This document shows, one piece after another, positions 36,798 to 46,771 of a DNA stretch of 64,000 nucleotides (position 1 is the stretch's first letter; the number at the start of each line of letters is the position of its first letter). A program made the translations under genes and the position numbers. Where the stretch lies: NCBI GenBank assembly GCA_903847315.1, contig CAINDG010000041.1:30285-94284 (forward strand), written 5' to 3'. The notes under the pieces are model-generated. The model was not told where the DNA came from and did not search any database. It saw nothing but the letters and a program-made list of their open reading frames with translations. The stretch comes from an uncultured Planctomycetota bacterium. GTDB lineage: Bacteria > Planctomycetota > Phycisphaerae > Sedimentisphaerales > UBA12454.

Positions 36798-38222
36798 ATG
36801 AATACATCTAAATATGACCCGTATCTGCCTTACCAGGTAGCTGATATTTCGCTTGCCGATTGGGGCAGAAAGGAAATGGCGCTGGCTCGCAATGAAATGC
36901 CCGGCCTTATGGCTATACGCGAAAAGTACGGCAAACAAAAACCGCTGAAGGGTTTGAAAATTACCGGCTCTCTGCATATGACGATTCAGACGGCGATGCT
37001 GATAGAAACTCTTGTCGAACTCGGCGCAAAAGTCAGATGGGCATCGTGCAATATTTTCAGCACACAGGACCACGCCGCCGCTGCGATAGCGAAAGATAAA
37101 CTTGCCGCTGTCTTTGCGTGGAAGGGCGAGTCGCTTGAGGAATACTGGTGGTGCACTGAGCAGGCACTTTTATGGCCGGACGAAGGCGGGCCAGACTTGA
37201 TTGTCGATGACGGCGGAGACGCGACGCTTTATATTCATCAGGGAGTAAAAATTGAAAAAGACCCGTCGATTCTGAAAAAGACCTGCGATAATGATGAAAT
37301 GAAAATAATTATAAAACGTCTCGGTGCAGGCCTTGCCGATGACCCGCAAAAATGGACAAAAATCGCAAAGGCAATCAAAGGCGTTTCAGAAGAGACAACG
37401 ACAGGCGTAGGCAGGCTCTATCAAATGCAAAAAGAAGGCGCTTTGTTATTCCCTGCGATTAATGTCAACGATTCAGTTACCAAATCTAAATTCGATAATC
37501 TCTACGGTTGCCGTGAATCGCTCGCTGACGGATTAAAAAGAGCGACCGGAATAATGGTTGCCGGCAAATGCGTTATCGTCTGCGGTTACGGCGATGTCGG
37601 CAAAGGCTGCGCTCAATCTATGCGGGGCTTTGGCGCACGGGTAATCATCACGGAAATCGACCCAATTTGCGCCCTGCAGGCCGCGATGGAAGGTTACGAA
37701 GTTAAAAAACTCGAAGAAGTCATCGAAGAGGGCGATATATTCGTAACCGCTACCGGATGCTGCGATGTTATCCGCGGCGAACATATGGAAAAAATGAAGA
37801 ATGAAGCGATTGTCTGCAACATCGGCCACTTCGACCATGAAATACAGGTGAGCTATCTTGAAAAAAATCCAAAATGCAAAAAGCAGAATATAAAACCTCA
37901 GGTCGATAAATGGACTCTTGTTTCAGGCAGAAGCATTATCGTTCTTGCCGAGGGCAGGCTTGTAAATCTTGGCTGCGCCAACGGCCACCCGAGTTTCGTT
38001 ATGAGCAACAGCTTTACAAACCAGTGCCTTGCCCAAATAATGCTCGCAAAAGGCGGCCTTGAGAAGAAAGTTTATACGCTGCCCAAAAAACTCGACGAGG
38101 AAGTCGCAAGACTTCATCTTGGCAGGTTGTGTGCATCTCTATCTACTCTGACAAAGGAGCAGGCAAAATATATCGGTGTTCCAGTCGAAGGACCATTTAA
38201 GCCGGACCATTACAGATACTAA
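36798..38222 (+). CDS. ahcY: Adenosylhomocysteinase
   Basis: [27 protein letters not shown], the NAD-binding site [10 protein letters not shown], and the C-terminal tail PFKPDHYRY. Confidence 0.95.
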   Translation: MNTSKYDPYLPYQVADISLADWGRKEMALARNEMPGLMAIREKYGKQKPLKGLKITGSLHMTIQTAMLIETLVELGAKVRWASCNIFSTQDHAAAAIAKDKLAAVFAWKGESLEEYWWCTEQALLWPDEGGPDLIVDDGGDATLYIHQGVKIEKDPSILKKTCDNDEMKIIIKRLGAGLADDPQKWTKIAKAIKGVSEETTTGVGRLYQMQKEGALLFPAINVNDSVTKSKFDNLYGCRESLADGLKRATGIMVAGKCVIVCGYGDVGKGCAQSMRGFGARVIITEIDPICALQAAMEGYEVKKLEEVIEEGDIFVTATGCCDVIRGEHMEKMKNEAIVCNIGHFDHEIQVSYLEKNPKCKKQNIKPQVDKWTLVSGRSIIVLAEGRLVNLGCANGHPSFVMSNSFTNQCLAQIMLAKGGLEKKVYTLPKKLDEEVARLHLGRLCASLSTLTKEQAKYIGVPVEGPFKPDHYRY

Positions 38223-38223
38223 T

Positions 38224-38631
38224 ATGTGGGAACATTTCGCCCATCAGGCTGATATCGGCGTAAGAGCGACTGCCGAGGATTTAAGCAGTGCGTTCGAAGA
38301 GACTGCATTGGCTCTTACGGCAATTGTTACAGAACCTAAAAAAGTTGAAGCGGCTGAATCTGTAAAAATAGAATGCTCCGGCAAAAATGAAGAACTTTTG
38401 CTGGTTAACTGGCTCAGTTCAGTTATTTACGAGATGGACGTAAGAAAAATGCTTTTTGGCAGATTTGAGGTTAAAATCGAAAATTTAAAATTGTCTGCGA
38501 AAATGTGGGGCGAAAAGATTAATCAAAACAGGCATTGTCCCGCTGTCGAACCAAAAGCGGTAACATATAATCAATTGAGCGTAAAAAACGAAAACGGCAA
38601 ATGGACGATTCAATGCGTAATTGACGTGTAA
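38224..38631 (+). CDS. Archease
   Basis: MWEHFAHQADIGVRA... and KAVTYNQLSV. The ATG lies 1 nt after the ahcY stop and the gene is immediately upstream of rtcB. Confidence 0.85.
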   Translation: MWEHFAHQADIGVRATAEDLSSAFEETALALTAIVTEPKKVEAAESVKIECSGKNEELLLVNWLSSVIYEMDVRKMLFGRFEVKIENLKLSAKMWGEKINQNRHCPAVEPKAVTYNQLSVKNENGKWTIQCVIDV

Positions 38632-40061
38632 TGGCAAGACCTCAATTAAAACAGATTGGCGAATATTGCTGGCAAATCGAGCCTTTCGGCAAAATGCGCG
38701 TGCCCGGCATAATTTTTGCCGACCACAATTTAATAAACGATATTGACGAAAAAACTATGTCGCAGGTTTGCAACGTCGCGGCATTGCCGGGCATAGTCAA
38801 GGCGTCGTTCGCGATGCCCGATGCCCATATGGGTTATGGTTTTCCAATCGGCGGTGTTGCAGCTTTTGACCCAGACGACGGCGGCGTAATATCCGGCGGA
38901 GGCGTCGGCTTCGATATCGCCTGCGGAGTAAGAACTCTTCATACAGGTCTGTCCGAAGAAGAAATATCCGGCTTGAGAGAAAGACTTGCCGAATCTCTTT
39001 TCCGCGATATTCCCGCGGGCGTAGGCAGTACAGGAAATATTACTTTAAGCACCGTCCAACTCGATAATATGCTCGCAGGCGGCGCGGTTTGGGCGGTCGA
39101 AAAAGGATTCGGCACAAAAGAGGATTTGAGCTTTATCGAAGAAGGCGGCTTCGCGAAAGGCGCTAACCCGGCAAAAGTTTCGCCTCAGGCCAAAAAACGC
39201 CAGCAGGAGCAAATGGGCACACTCGGAAGCGGCAATCATTATCTTGAAGTTCAGAAAGTTGTTGAGATTTACGACAATGCCGTTGCCGAAGGCTTTGGCC
39301 TCAAAAAGGGCGACATAATGGTAAGCATCCATTGCGGCTCGCGAGGCCTGGGACATCAAATCGGTACCGATTATCTTAGAGAAATGGCTTCTCAGGCGGC
39401 GAGTTTCGGTATTGACCTGCCCGATAGAGAACTTGCCTCGGTGCCTGTAAATAGTCCCCTGGGTCAAGATTATCTCGGTGCGATGCGGTCGGGGATAAAT
39501 TGCGCTCTTGCCAACAGACAAATTTTGACCGAACTTGTCAGACGCGTATTTGCGGAGATTTTTTCAAAGGCACATTTGACAATGCTCTACGATGTCAGCC
39601 ATAACACCGCAAAGGTTGAAGAGCATAAGGTTGAAGGCAAAAGTAAAAATTTACTTATTCATCGCAAAGGCGCGACGCGCTCTTTCGGCCCCGGCTCTAA
39701 TGATTTGCCGCCCCGTTATAAATCATTTGGTCAGCCTGTTTTGATTGGCGGAACTATGGGAACATCTTCATATATCCTTGCGGGAACGAACCAGAGTGAA
39801 TCTCTTGCGTTCAGTTCGGCCTGTCACGGGGCAGGCCGGAGTATGAGCAGAACCGCTGCGACGAAAAAATGGCAGGGCAGTCAGATTGTCAAAGAACTTG
39901 CACAGCGAAAGATAATTATCAAATCGAGGTCAATGCGGGGCCTGGCGGAAGAAGCCCCTGATGCGTATAAAAATGTCAGTGCCGTTGTCGAGGCGACGGC
40001 AAACGCCGGCCTTGCCAAAAAAGTCGCGAAATTATTGCCCATGATTTGCGTCAAAGGCTGA
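38631..40061 (+). CDS. rtcB: RNA 3'-phosphate ligase RtcB
   Basis: MPDAHMGYGFPIGG, GVGFDIACG, SGNHYLEVQ, HCGSRGLGHQ, and SACHGAGR. Confidence 0.95.
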   Translation: MARPQLKQIGEYCWQIEPFGKMRVPGIIFADHNLINDIDEKTMSQVCNVAALPGIVKASFAMPDAHMGYGFPIGGVAAFDPDDGGVISGGGVGFDIACGVRTLHTGLSEEEISGLRERLAESLFRDIPAGVGSTGNITLSTVQLDNMLAGGAVWAVEKGFGTKEDLSFIEEGGFAKGANPAKVSPQAKKRQQEQMGTLGSGNHYLEVQKVVEIYDNAVAEGFGLKKGDIMVSIHCGSRGLGHQIGTDYLREMASQAASFGIDLPDRELASVPVNSPLGQDYLGAMRSGINCALANRQILTELVRRVFAEIFSKAHLTMLYDVSHNTAKVEEHKVEGKSKNLLIHRKGATRSFGPGSNDLPPRYKSFGQPVLIGGTMGTSSYILAGTNQSESLAFSSACHGAGRSMSRTAATKKWQGSQIVKELAQRKIIIKSRSMRGLAEEAPDAYKNVSAVVEATANAGLAKKVAKLLPMICVKG

Positions 40062-40541
40062 TTTATCTGCGGATAAGGCCTTATCAGCTTTTCGCTGCAG
40101 GATGCCGCGAATAACTCCGGCGATGCCAATTGCGATAAGCACCACCGAGATAATTGATAATCCGAAGCCGGCATCTTTATCGGGATAAGCTGACAATACA
40201 GAAACTAATGAAATAATTGCCATGCCCAGACCGATTAGCAAAAAAGCAATTCCTGTCGTCAGGCTTCTTATCCAATCGTTCCATTTCCAGCCGGCTCCTT
40301 TTGTTGTTATAATAGGTCTTAATTCAGAAAAAGGAGTGCCTTTTTCAATTGCTGCCATAATCTGCAGGTGCTCAAGACGCTTTTTGGTTACTTTAGCCCA
40401 TATTACCAGCGAAACAAGCACAATCAGGAATATGAACGGCATAGCGCCGACTATAAAAGGCCCGGAACCTATATCGACCGTGCCGCCATCCGGACCGCCC
40501 TTGATTACTAACGCTAAAATTTGAGGGAACATATTAACCAT
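40032..40541 (-). CDS. Membrane protein, hypothetical
   Basis: 169 aa with 3-4 TM segments. It overlaps the rtcB 3' end by 30 nt in convergent orientation. Confidence 0.5.
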   Translation of the reverse strand: MVNMFPQILALVIKGGPDGGTVDIGSGPFIVGAMPFIFLIVLVSLVIWAKVTKKRLEHLQIMAAIEKGTPFSELRPIITTKGAGWKWNDWIRSLTTGIAFLLIGLGMAIISLVSVLSAYPDKDAGFGLSIISVVLIAIGIAGVIRGILQRKADKALSADKSAFDANHGQ

Positions 40542-40555
40542 CCTTTCGTTCAGAA

Positions 40556-41311
40556 TTATTTTATTTCTATTAAACCATTATGAGTTTTTAAGAACAATTT
40601 ATCTCTGCCGTCGCCGATTGTGCCTTTTAGGGTTTTATCAATTTTACCGGTTACAGTGACGGGCAAATTGCTGTGGATTGAGCCGTTATGCGTTGAGGCA
40701 TCTACCGATGCGGAGAAATTTTCAGGAGCGGTAAAAACGATATTGCCGTTGTGAGTTTCGGCGTTTATTTCGCAGGGCTTTGCGGATTGTCCGGTGCAGT
40801 TTATAACTATATTGCCGTTATGGGATTCGAATTTTAAATCCGCCGACGCACCCTTATGGCTGATGTTGCCGTTGTGCGTTGACGCTTTTACGCCGCCTGA
40901 TGTATCGGTGGTTGTGACATTGCCGTTGTGAGATGCAAGCGATAAGTTCATTCCGGCCGGCAGAGTTACATCCAAATCTATATCGATTTGAGCCCCTGTT
41001 GGAGTATCCGGTTTTTCAATTTTGACCTTTATACTGTTACCTTCCGTCAGCAGGGATATTTTTATTTCTTCAGCGATTTTTTTAGCGGTTTCTTCAGTAA
41101 AGGCCTTGACAGAGATTACGGCCGTAAGATTGCAATCTGTTGTCTGACAACCTGTTATAGTTATCTTGCCGTTGTGGGTTTCGGCGGCGAAAGTTCCCGC
41201 CTGCCCGGCTGGGACTTTCACGTTTACCTGTTTTGTGTACTTGACATCGGCTATGCAGCCGGTCGTAAAGACTATCAGCACAAAAAAGGCTATTAAGGCT
41301 TCCCTGTTCAT
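40556..41311 (-). CDS. DUF4097-like (putative adhesin) beta-helix lipoprotein
   Basis: Repeated xTHNGNI/V units are present (AETHNGKITI, ASHNGNVTT, STHNGNISH, ESHNGNIVI, ETHNGNIVF, STHNGSIHS, KTHNGLIEI). The signal peptide has the lipobox TTGC. I chose the start at MNREAL after AAGGA. Confidence 0.65.
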   Translation of the reverse strand: MNREALIAFFVLIVFTTGCIADVKYTKQVNVKVPAGQAGTFAAETHNGKITITGCQTTDCNLTAVISVKAFTEETAKKIAEEIKISLLTEGNSIKVKIEKPDTPTGAQIDIDLDVTLPAGMNLSLASHNGNVTTTDTSGGVKASTHNGNISHKGASADLKFESHNGNIVINCTGQSAKPCEINAETHNGNIVFTAPENFSASVDASTHNGSIHSNLPVTVTGKIDKTLKGTIGDGRDKLFLKTHNGLIEIK

Positions 41312-41458
41312 TGCTTGTCCTTTCATATACGGATATATTCGATTTTCAATAATTATTGTTGCGATTTCAGTGATTAGTCGCAAGACTTATTATAGAAGTT
41401 TCAAAAAAATTGAAACTTTTTGATATTTTGTGCGACTAATAGGCAAAAGGAGCTATTT

Positions 41459-42007
41459 TTGGCTGATGATACCAGACAGGCAGGCTTAATACACCGGCTG
41501 CGCGACGGCGACAGTGCGGCGTTTGCCGATTTTATCGCCCGGTATCAGCAGCAGGTTTTTATGTGCTGCCGCCTGCTGGGGCTTGGCGCCGACGAGATAG
41601 AAGATGTGGCGAGCGAAACATTTCTGGCGGCATATCAGGGAATCGGCAGATATACGGGCAGGGCAAAATTAAGCACATGGCTTTGGAAAATCTCGTATAA
41701 CAAAGCGATAAATTATCTCAGGGGGAAAATTCGTCATCAGAAGCTGCAGGAAAAACTCCAAAATCAATATACAGACGTGCAAGAGGCTGCGGCTTTAGAG
41801 CCATCGGCTGAAATTGTATGGGATGCCGTAAAAAAACTGCCGCAGGATAGTGCGATGGCAATAGTTTTATATTATCGGCAGGAAAAAAGCATTAAAGAGA
41901 TTGCGGATATTATGGGAAAAAATAAAAATACCGTTAAGATATATTTATTCAGAGGCAGGGAAAAACTTAAAGAATTGCTCGGCGACAAAATTGAAAGGCT
42001 TTACTAA
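41459..42007 (+). CDS. ECF-type RNA polymerase sigma factor
   Basis: Region 2 is FADFIARYQQQVFMCC...ETFLAAYQGIGRY...STWLWKISYNKAINYLR. Region 4 is SIKEIADIMGKNKNTVKIYLFRGREKL. I prefer the TTG start at 41459 after AAAGGAG. Confidence 0.85.
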   Translation: MADDTRQAGLIHRLRDGDSAAFADFIARYQQQVFMCCRLLGLGADEIEDVASETFLAAYQGIGRYTGRAKLSTWLWKISYNKAINYLRGKIRHQKLQEKLQNQYTDVQEAAALEPSAEIVWDAVKKLPQDSAMAIVLYYRQEKSIKEIADIMGKNKNTVKIYLFRGREKLKELLGDKIERLY

Positions 42008-42399
42008 TGCTGCCTGAAAATAATAAAAACGAATACAAATTCGATGAAATGCTGAAAAAATCATTAAAGAAACACCGCGAACCGGTTCGGCAGGATTTCG
42101 CACAGGAACTTCTGGCTAAAATTCAGAAACTTGAGCAGCAGAAAGCGATTGAAAAAATCGTCCGGGAGGAAAGATTCCTGTCGGCGGCATATATATTGCT
42201 GCCCATAGCAGCGATAGTGGTTATATTTGCATTTCCAAACCTGGCCATTGAATCGGCACGACTGCTGACAAAACTATATTCGCTGATTATTCTGTCCGCT
42301 AAAATTTTTATGAATCACTGGCAATTGTGGATTTGCTATATTCTCACCGCCGCAGCCTGCCTCTACGCTTTCTATGAGTCGCTTTTGCGGGGAAATTAG
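42007..42399 (+). CDS. Putative membrane anti-sigma factor
   Basis: 130 aa. It is translationally coupled to the sigma gene and has a cytoplasmic N-terminus followed by TM segments. The call rests on position only. Confidence 0.45.
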   Translation: MLPENNKNEYKFDEMLKKSLKKHREPVRQDFAQELLAKIQKLEQQKAIEKIVREERFLSAAYILLPIAAIVVIFAFPNLAIESARLLTKLYSLIILSAKIFMNHWQLWICYILTAAACLYAFYESLLRGN

Positions 42400-43679
42400 C
42401 GCAGCCTCTCCGGTGCAACCATTTCTTCGTAGTTCTGCCGTTTGCGGATAACCTTGAAGTTTTTGCCGTCAACAAGCACCTCGGCAGGCAGCAGTCTTGC
42501 GTTATAGTTGCTGGCCATAGTAAAGCCGTAAGCACCCGCGGTAAAAATCGAAATTAAATCACCGCGTTTTACAGGCGGAATAGCCCTGTCCTTTGCGAAG
42601 AAGTCTGTCCCTTCGCAAATCGGCCCGACGATGTCAACAAATTCAAGCCCTTTAATATCGAGCTTATCGGTTCTTTTCAGAAATGAAAATCTTTCTTCAA
42701 CTCTGGCCGGCCAGATAAAGTGGAAAGCGTCATAGAGCCATGGTCTGATTAAATCGTTCATTCCCGCATCGACGATAACGAATTTTTTGCTGCCGCCTTG
42801 TTTGAGATATAAAACTTTCGTAAGCAAAATTCCCGCATTAGCCATAATGCTTTTGCCGGGTTCGAGGACGAGTTTTAAGTTTTTATCTTTCAGCAGCGGC
42901 ACAATTCCATTGGCGTAGTCCGCGGCTGTCGGCACGGTACCGGTCTGGTAATCTGCGCCGTATCCGCCGCCCAAATCAATCATTTCAATTTTGAATCCTT
43001 TGCCGCGGAGCGTGTCGATAAGCGGCAGGACTTTTTTTATCGCTTCGCAATATGGGTCGATAGTTTTTCCGCCTGAGCCGAGATGAACATGAATTGCGCA
43101 CAGGTTTACGTAATCGTTTTTGCCGTATTGTTCAAAAACTTTTTCCGCACGCTCAATATCAACACCGAACTTAGTCTCTTTTGTGCCGGTAGTGATATGT
43201 TTATGTGTTTTCGGGTCAACATCCGGATTAACTCTCAATGCGGCTTTCGTTTTTTTACCGGCTTGTTTGGCGAGGTTGATAAGATTTTCAAGTTCCGCCT
43301 CAGATTCGATATTGAAATAGCCGATTTCCGCTTTAAGAGCGGCGAGAATTTCCTCATCGGTTTTGCCGACACCCGCAAAGACTGTTTTTTTCATATCGGC
43401 GCCGGCCTGCTGGGCGCGGTAGAGCTCGCCGCCGCTGACAATATCAAAGCCGCTGCCTGCATCGGCGAGAATTTTGAGAATATTAATATTGCCGCAGGCT
43501 TTGATGGAATAGCAGATAGTCGTATCAAGTTTGGCAAAGGCTTTTTTGAGTTTTTCAAAATGGTCGAGCATCGTCGCCTTGCTGTAAATATAAACAGGCG
43601 TTCCTGCGCCGACTGCGATTTTCTCAACGCTGACGTCTTCGGCGAACAGTTCGCCCTTGTTGTATTTGAAATAATCCAT
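42396..43679 (-). CDS. lysA: Diaminopimelate decarboxylase
   Basis: The PLP-lysine region is CYSIKACGN. Also present are HVHLGSG, the IDLGGGYG motif, EPGKS, and CEGTD. Confidence 0.9.
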   Translation of the reverse strand: MDYFKYNKGELFAEDVSVEKIAVGAGTPVYIYSKATMLDHFEKLKKAFAKLDTTICYSIKACGNINILKILADAGSGFDIVSGGELYRAQQAGADMKKTVFAGVGKTDEEILAALKAEIGYFNIESEAELENLINLAKQAGKKTKAALRVNPDVDPKTHKHITTGTKETKFGVDIERAEKVFEQYGKNDYVNLCAIHVHLGSGGKTIDPYCEAIKKVLPLIDTLRGKGFKIEMIDLGGGYGADYQTGTVPTAADYANGIVPLLKDKNLKLVLEPGKSIMANAGILLTKVLYLKQGGSKKFVIVDAGMNDLIRPWLYDAFHFIWPARVEERFSFLKRTDKLDIKGLEFVDIVGPICEGTDFFAKDRAIPPVKRGDLISIFTAGAYGFTMASNYNARLLPAEVLVDGKNFKVIRKRQNYEEMVAPERLR

Positions 43680-43683
43680 ATTT

Positions 43684-44331
43684 TTACCTTATCGCTTTCT
43701 TAAGCCATTTAAACCATTTTTCCATACCTGCAGTTGTTTTAGCAGATATTTCAAAGATTTTCAAATCTTTATTCAGCTTCAAGACGTCTTTCCTGACCAT
43801 TTTAACATTAAAATCCAGATATCTCGCGAGGTCTGTTTTATTTATTAATAGCACATCGGCCTGCGCAAAGGAATTAGGGTATTTTTTGCATTTGTCGTCT
43901 CCCTCGGCGACGGACAATACAACCACCCGCACCGTTTCGCCAAGGTCAAAATCAGAAGGACAAACAAGGTTGCCAATGTTTTCTATCACAATAATATCAA
44001 GGTTATCAGTATCAAATTTATGCAGTGAATTGGTGATTTGCTCCGCGGTCAGGTGGCAGGCACCTTTAGTCTCGATTTGCACCGCCTCCAGGCCGGTCGC
44101 CCTGATTCTTTCGGCGTCGAGTTTCGTATAAAGGTCGCCTTCAATCACAGCGATATTGATTTTATTTTTTAGCGCCTTTGCGGTTTTTTCAAGTATGGTT
44201 GTTTTTCCGCTTCCGGGCGAGGAAATCATATTTATACAGAGAATATTTTTCTTTTTGAAAAATTTCTGGTTCGCCGCTGCGAAATCCTCGTTTTTCGCCA
44301 GAATTTTTTTCTTAACCTTTATTTTCATCAT
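43684..44331 (-). CDS. hypB: Hydrogenase nickel-incorporation GTPase HypB
   Basis: P-loop ISSPGSGKTT, ENIGNLVCP, and NKTDL. The ATG at 44331 overlaps the hypA stop (ATGA). Confidence 0.85.
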   Translation of the reverse strand: MMKIKVKKKILAKNEDFAAANQKFFKKKNILCINMISSPGSGKTTILEKTAKALKNKINIAVIEGDLYTKLDAERIRATGLEAVQIETKGACHLTAEQITNSLHKFDTDNLDIIVIENIGNLVCPSDFDLGETVRVVVLSVAEGDDKCKKYPNSFAQADVLLINKTDLARYLDFNVKMVRKDVLKLNKDLKIFEISAKTTAGMEKWFKWLKKAIR

Positions 44332-44672
44332 TTCTTCTCGAATTCTATTTCTTCCAGAATCAACGGAACATCGTCGCCGATTAAAAAATCGCTTTTGCCG
44401 CATTTGGGGCACTGCGGTTCATACAAATCAAAATTAAATTTTTTATGACAACTGTTGCAAACGGCTTTAAGCGGAATATGTTTTATCTTAAGTTTTGCGC
44501 CCTGACATATTGTCCCTGCCGCTATCGCCTCGAATGCGAATTTCAGTGCCTCATCGTTAATGGCGTTTATCTGGCCGCAGCTTATCACGACGCGGGTAAC
44601 TTTGCCGGACTTTTTTTGCACCTGGGCAAGAATTGTCTCGACAATATTCTCGGCTACCATCATTTCGTGCAT
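44328..44672 (-). CDS. hypA: Hydrogenase nickel-insertion protein HypA
   Basis: The N-terminus is MHEMMVAENI and the zinc site is CNSCHKKF...CPKCG. Confidence 0.85.
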   Translation of the reverse strand: MHEMMVAENIVETILAQVQKKSGKVTRVVISCGQINAINDEALKFAFEAIAAGTICQGAKLKIKHIPLKAVCNSCHKKFNFDLYEPQCPKCGKSDFLIGDDVPLILEEIEFEKK

Positions 44673-45688
44673 CAGCAAATCCTCGGCAATTCTCTGCCGT
44701 AAGGCATCTGTACAATCCGCCTGCCTTTTATCGTTGTGATAAGTTCCACCAGCGGTTCGTCACTTCTGATAACCTGTCCTATTATAGCGGCTTTTTTGCC
44801 GTTTTCGCAGCCTCGGCAGATTTCAAGGCACTTGTCCGCTTTTTGGGCGGAGACCGCGATTACAACTTTTCCTTCGTTTGCGATATTTAGAATATCAAAG
44901 CCCAGCATATCCGCCGCTGCTTTCGTTGTCGGATTTATCGGGATTTGACTTTCCTGGATTTCAATGCCTAAGCCTGTCTGATTGACAATCTCGTTTAAAG
45001 TCGCAGCCAATCCTCCGCGAGTCGGGTCGCGCATAAATTTTATATCGTTGCCCAGAGTTTCAACTGCTTTGGCGCAGATTTGAGCGACAGAGGCGCAATC
45101 GCTTTCGATGTCGGACTGGAATTTCATTCCTTCCCTTTGCGACATAATCGTCATACCGTGGTCGCCGATAGTGCCGGTTATAATAATTTTATCGCCGGCC
45201 GCAATTCTTTCGAAACCCACATTAGCGCCGGGCAGTTTCAATCCTATTCCGGAGGTGTTTATGAAAATTTTGTCAGCGGAACCTGCCTCGACGACTTTTG
45301 TATCGCCGCATACGATTGGGACGTTTTCTTTTTTTGCTGTGATTGCCGCGCTTTCGAGAATTTTTTTCAGGATGCCTATTTCAAGTCCTTCTTCTATTAT
45401 AAGCGCCAGGCTCAATGCAAGCGGTTTAGCTCCGCTTACGGAAAGATCGTTTATTGTTCCGCATACGGCGAGTTTGCCAATGTCGCCGCCGTTAAAGAAC
45501 AATGGCCTTACAACGTAGCTATCGGTGGTAAAGCAGATACTGTTTTTGCCGAATTGTATTTCCGCCGAATCGGTGAGTTTATCGAGAGTTTCGTTTTTAA
45601 AGGCAGGAAGAATTATGCTTCGGATAAGTTCATCTGTTAATCTGCCGCCTCCTCCGTGCGCAAGTAAAACCTTATCGCCGTCGGTCAT
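44672..45688 (-). CDS. hypE: Hydrogenase maturation protein HypE
   Basis: It has a PurM-like fold (LAHGGGG, CGDTKV) and the C-terminal PRIC motif. Confidence 0.9.
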   Translation of the reverse strand: MTDGDKVLLAHGGGGRLTDELIRSIILPAFKNETLDKLTDSAEIQFGKNSICFTTDSYVVRPLFFNGGDIGKLAVCGTINDLSVSGAKPLALSLALIIEEGLEIGILKKILESAAITAKKENVPIVCGDTKVVEAGSADKIFINTSGIGLKLPGANVGFERIAAGDKIIITGTIGDHGMTIMSQREGMKFQSDIESDCASVAQICAKAVETLGNDIKFMRDPTRGGLAATLNEIVNQTGLGIEIQESQIPINPTTKAAADMLGFDILNIANEGKVVIAVSAQKADKCLEICRGCENGKKAAIIGQVIRSDEPLVELITTIKGRRIVQMPYGRELPRIC

Positions 45689-46767
45689 TTGTTACGCCTT
45701 TTTTTTCTGGCGTATTTGAACCACGCCGCGCAGGCTCCTTCGCTGCTGACCATACAGGGTCCGACAGGCGTATCGGGCGTGCAGCTTTTTGCGAACAGTT
45801 CGCAATCGGGTGGGTCTATCAGGCCGCAAAGCACTTCTCCGCATCGGCAGCCGGTAAGGTCTTCTTCGGGTATGAATTGAACGCCAAGCTGTTTTTCGGC
45901 GTCAAAGCCGCTGAATTTTTCCTTGAGTTTCAATGTGCTTTTTGGAATTTTTCCCAGTCCCCGCCAGTATCCGTCAACGGCATCGAAAGTTTCATCTATT
46001 ATTTTTTGCGCCGTCCTGTTGCCGGCAGGTGTGACAGCGGCAGGATAAACAGAAGCCACTGCCGGTGTACCATCGGCGAGCTGTTTGCATATTTCGGCGA
46101 TTGCGTCGATTATCTGCATCGGCTCAAAACCCGCTACGACACAGGGTTTTTTAAATTGCTCAACGATGGGTTTATAAGCGTCCGAACCGATTATTACGCT
46201 CACGTGGCCGGGGCACATAAACGCGTCTATTTTATGATTTTTTTCGCTCAGCAGCGCCTTCATCGCGGGCACAACCATTTTATGATTACTGAAAATGAAA
46301 AGATTTTTGATGTTTTGCCTGATTGCCTCGTTGACAACTACAGCGGTCGCTGGAGCCGTCGTTTCAAAGCCCACAGCGACAAACACGATTTTTTTATCAG
46401 GATTTTGTTTTGCGAGATTTAAAGTATCTTCTGCGCTTAAAATTATTTTTATATTTGCCCTGTTTGTTTTTCGTTCGAGCGAGCCTTTTCTGCCGGGCAC
46501 GCGAATCATATCGCCATAGGTTGCAATTATACAATCGTCTCTGTCGGCCATCGCAAGAACGGCATCGATATATCCCTGGTCGGTAATGCAAACCGGACAG
46601 CCGGGTCCGCTTAATAGTTTCAATCCTTCCGGAAAAGCGTCTCTCAGTCCTGTGCGGAAAATGCTTACGGTATGAGTGCCGCAAACCTCCATAATATCTA
46701 TTTTTCGCCCGAGAACCTTTTTGGCCCTTGCTATCTGTGTATATGTTATGTTGATTCTATCGAGCAT
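45685..46767 (-). CDS. hypD: Hydrogenase maturation protein HypD
   Basis: EVCGTHT, GPGCPVC, and FETTAP motifs, plus PGHVS. Confidence 0.9.
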   Translation of the reverse strand: MLDRINITYTQIARAKKVLGRKIDIMEVCGTHTVSIFRTGLRDAFPEGLKLLSGPGCPVCITDQGYIDAVLAMADRDDCIIATYGDMIRVPGRKGSLERKTNRANIKIILSAEDTLNLAKQNPDKKIVFVAVGFETTAPATAVVVNEAIRQNIKNLFIFSNHKMVVPAMKALLSEKNHKIDAFMCPGHVSVIIGSDAYKPIVEQFKKPCVVAGFEPMQIIDAIAEICKQLADGTPAVASVYPAAVTPAGNRTAQKIIDETFDAVDGYWRGLGKIPKSTLKLKEKFSGFDAEKQLGVQFIPEEDLTGCRCGEVLCGLIDPPDCELFAKSCTPDTPVGPCMVSSEGACAAWFKYARKKRRNK

Positions 46768-46771
46768 TTTT

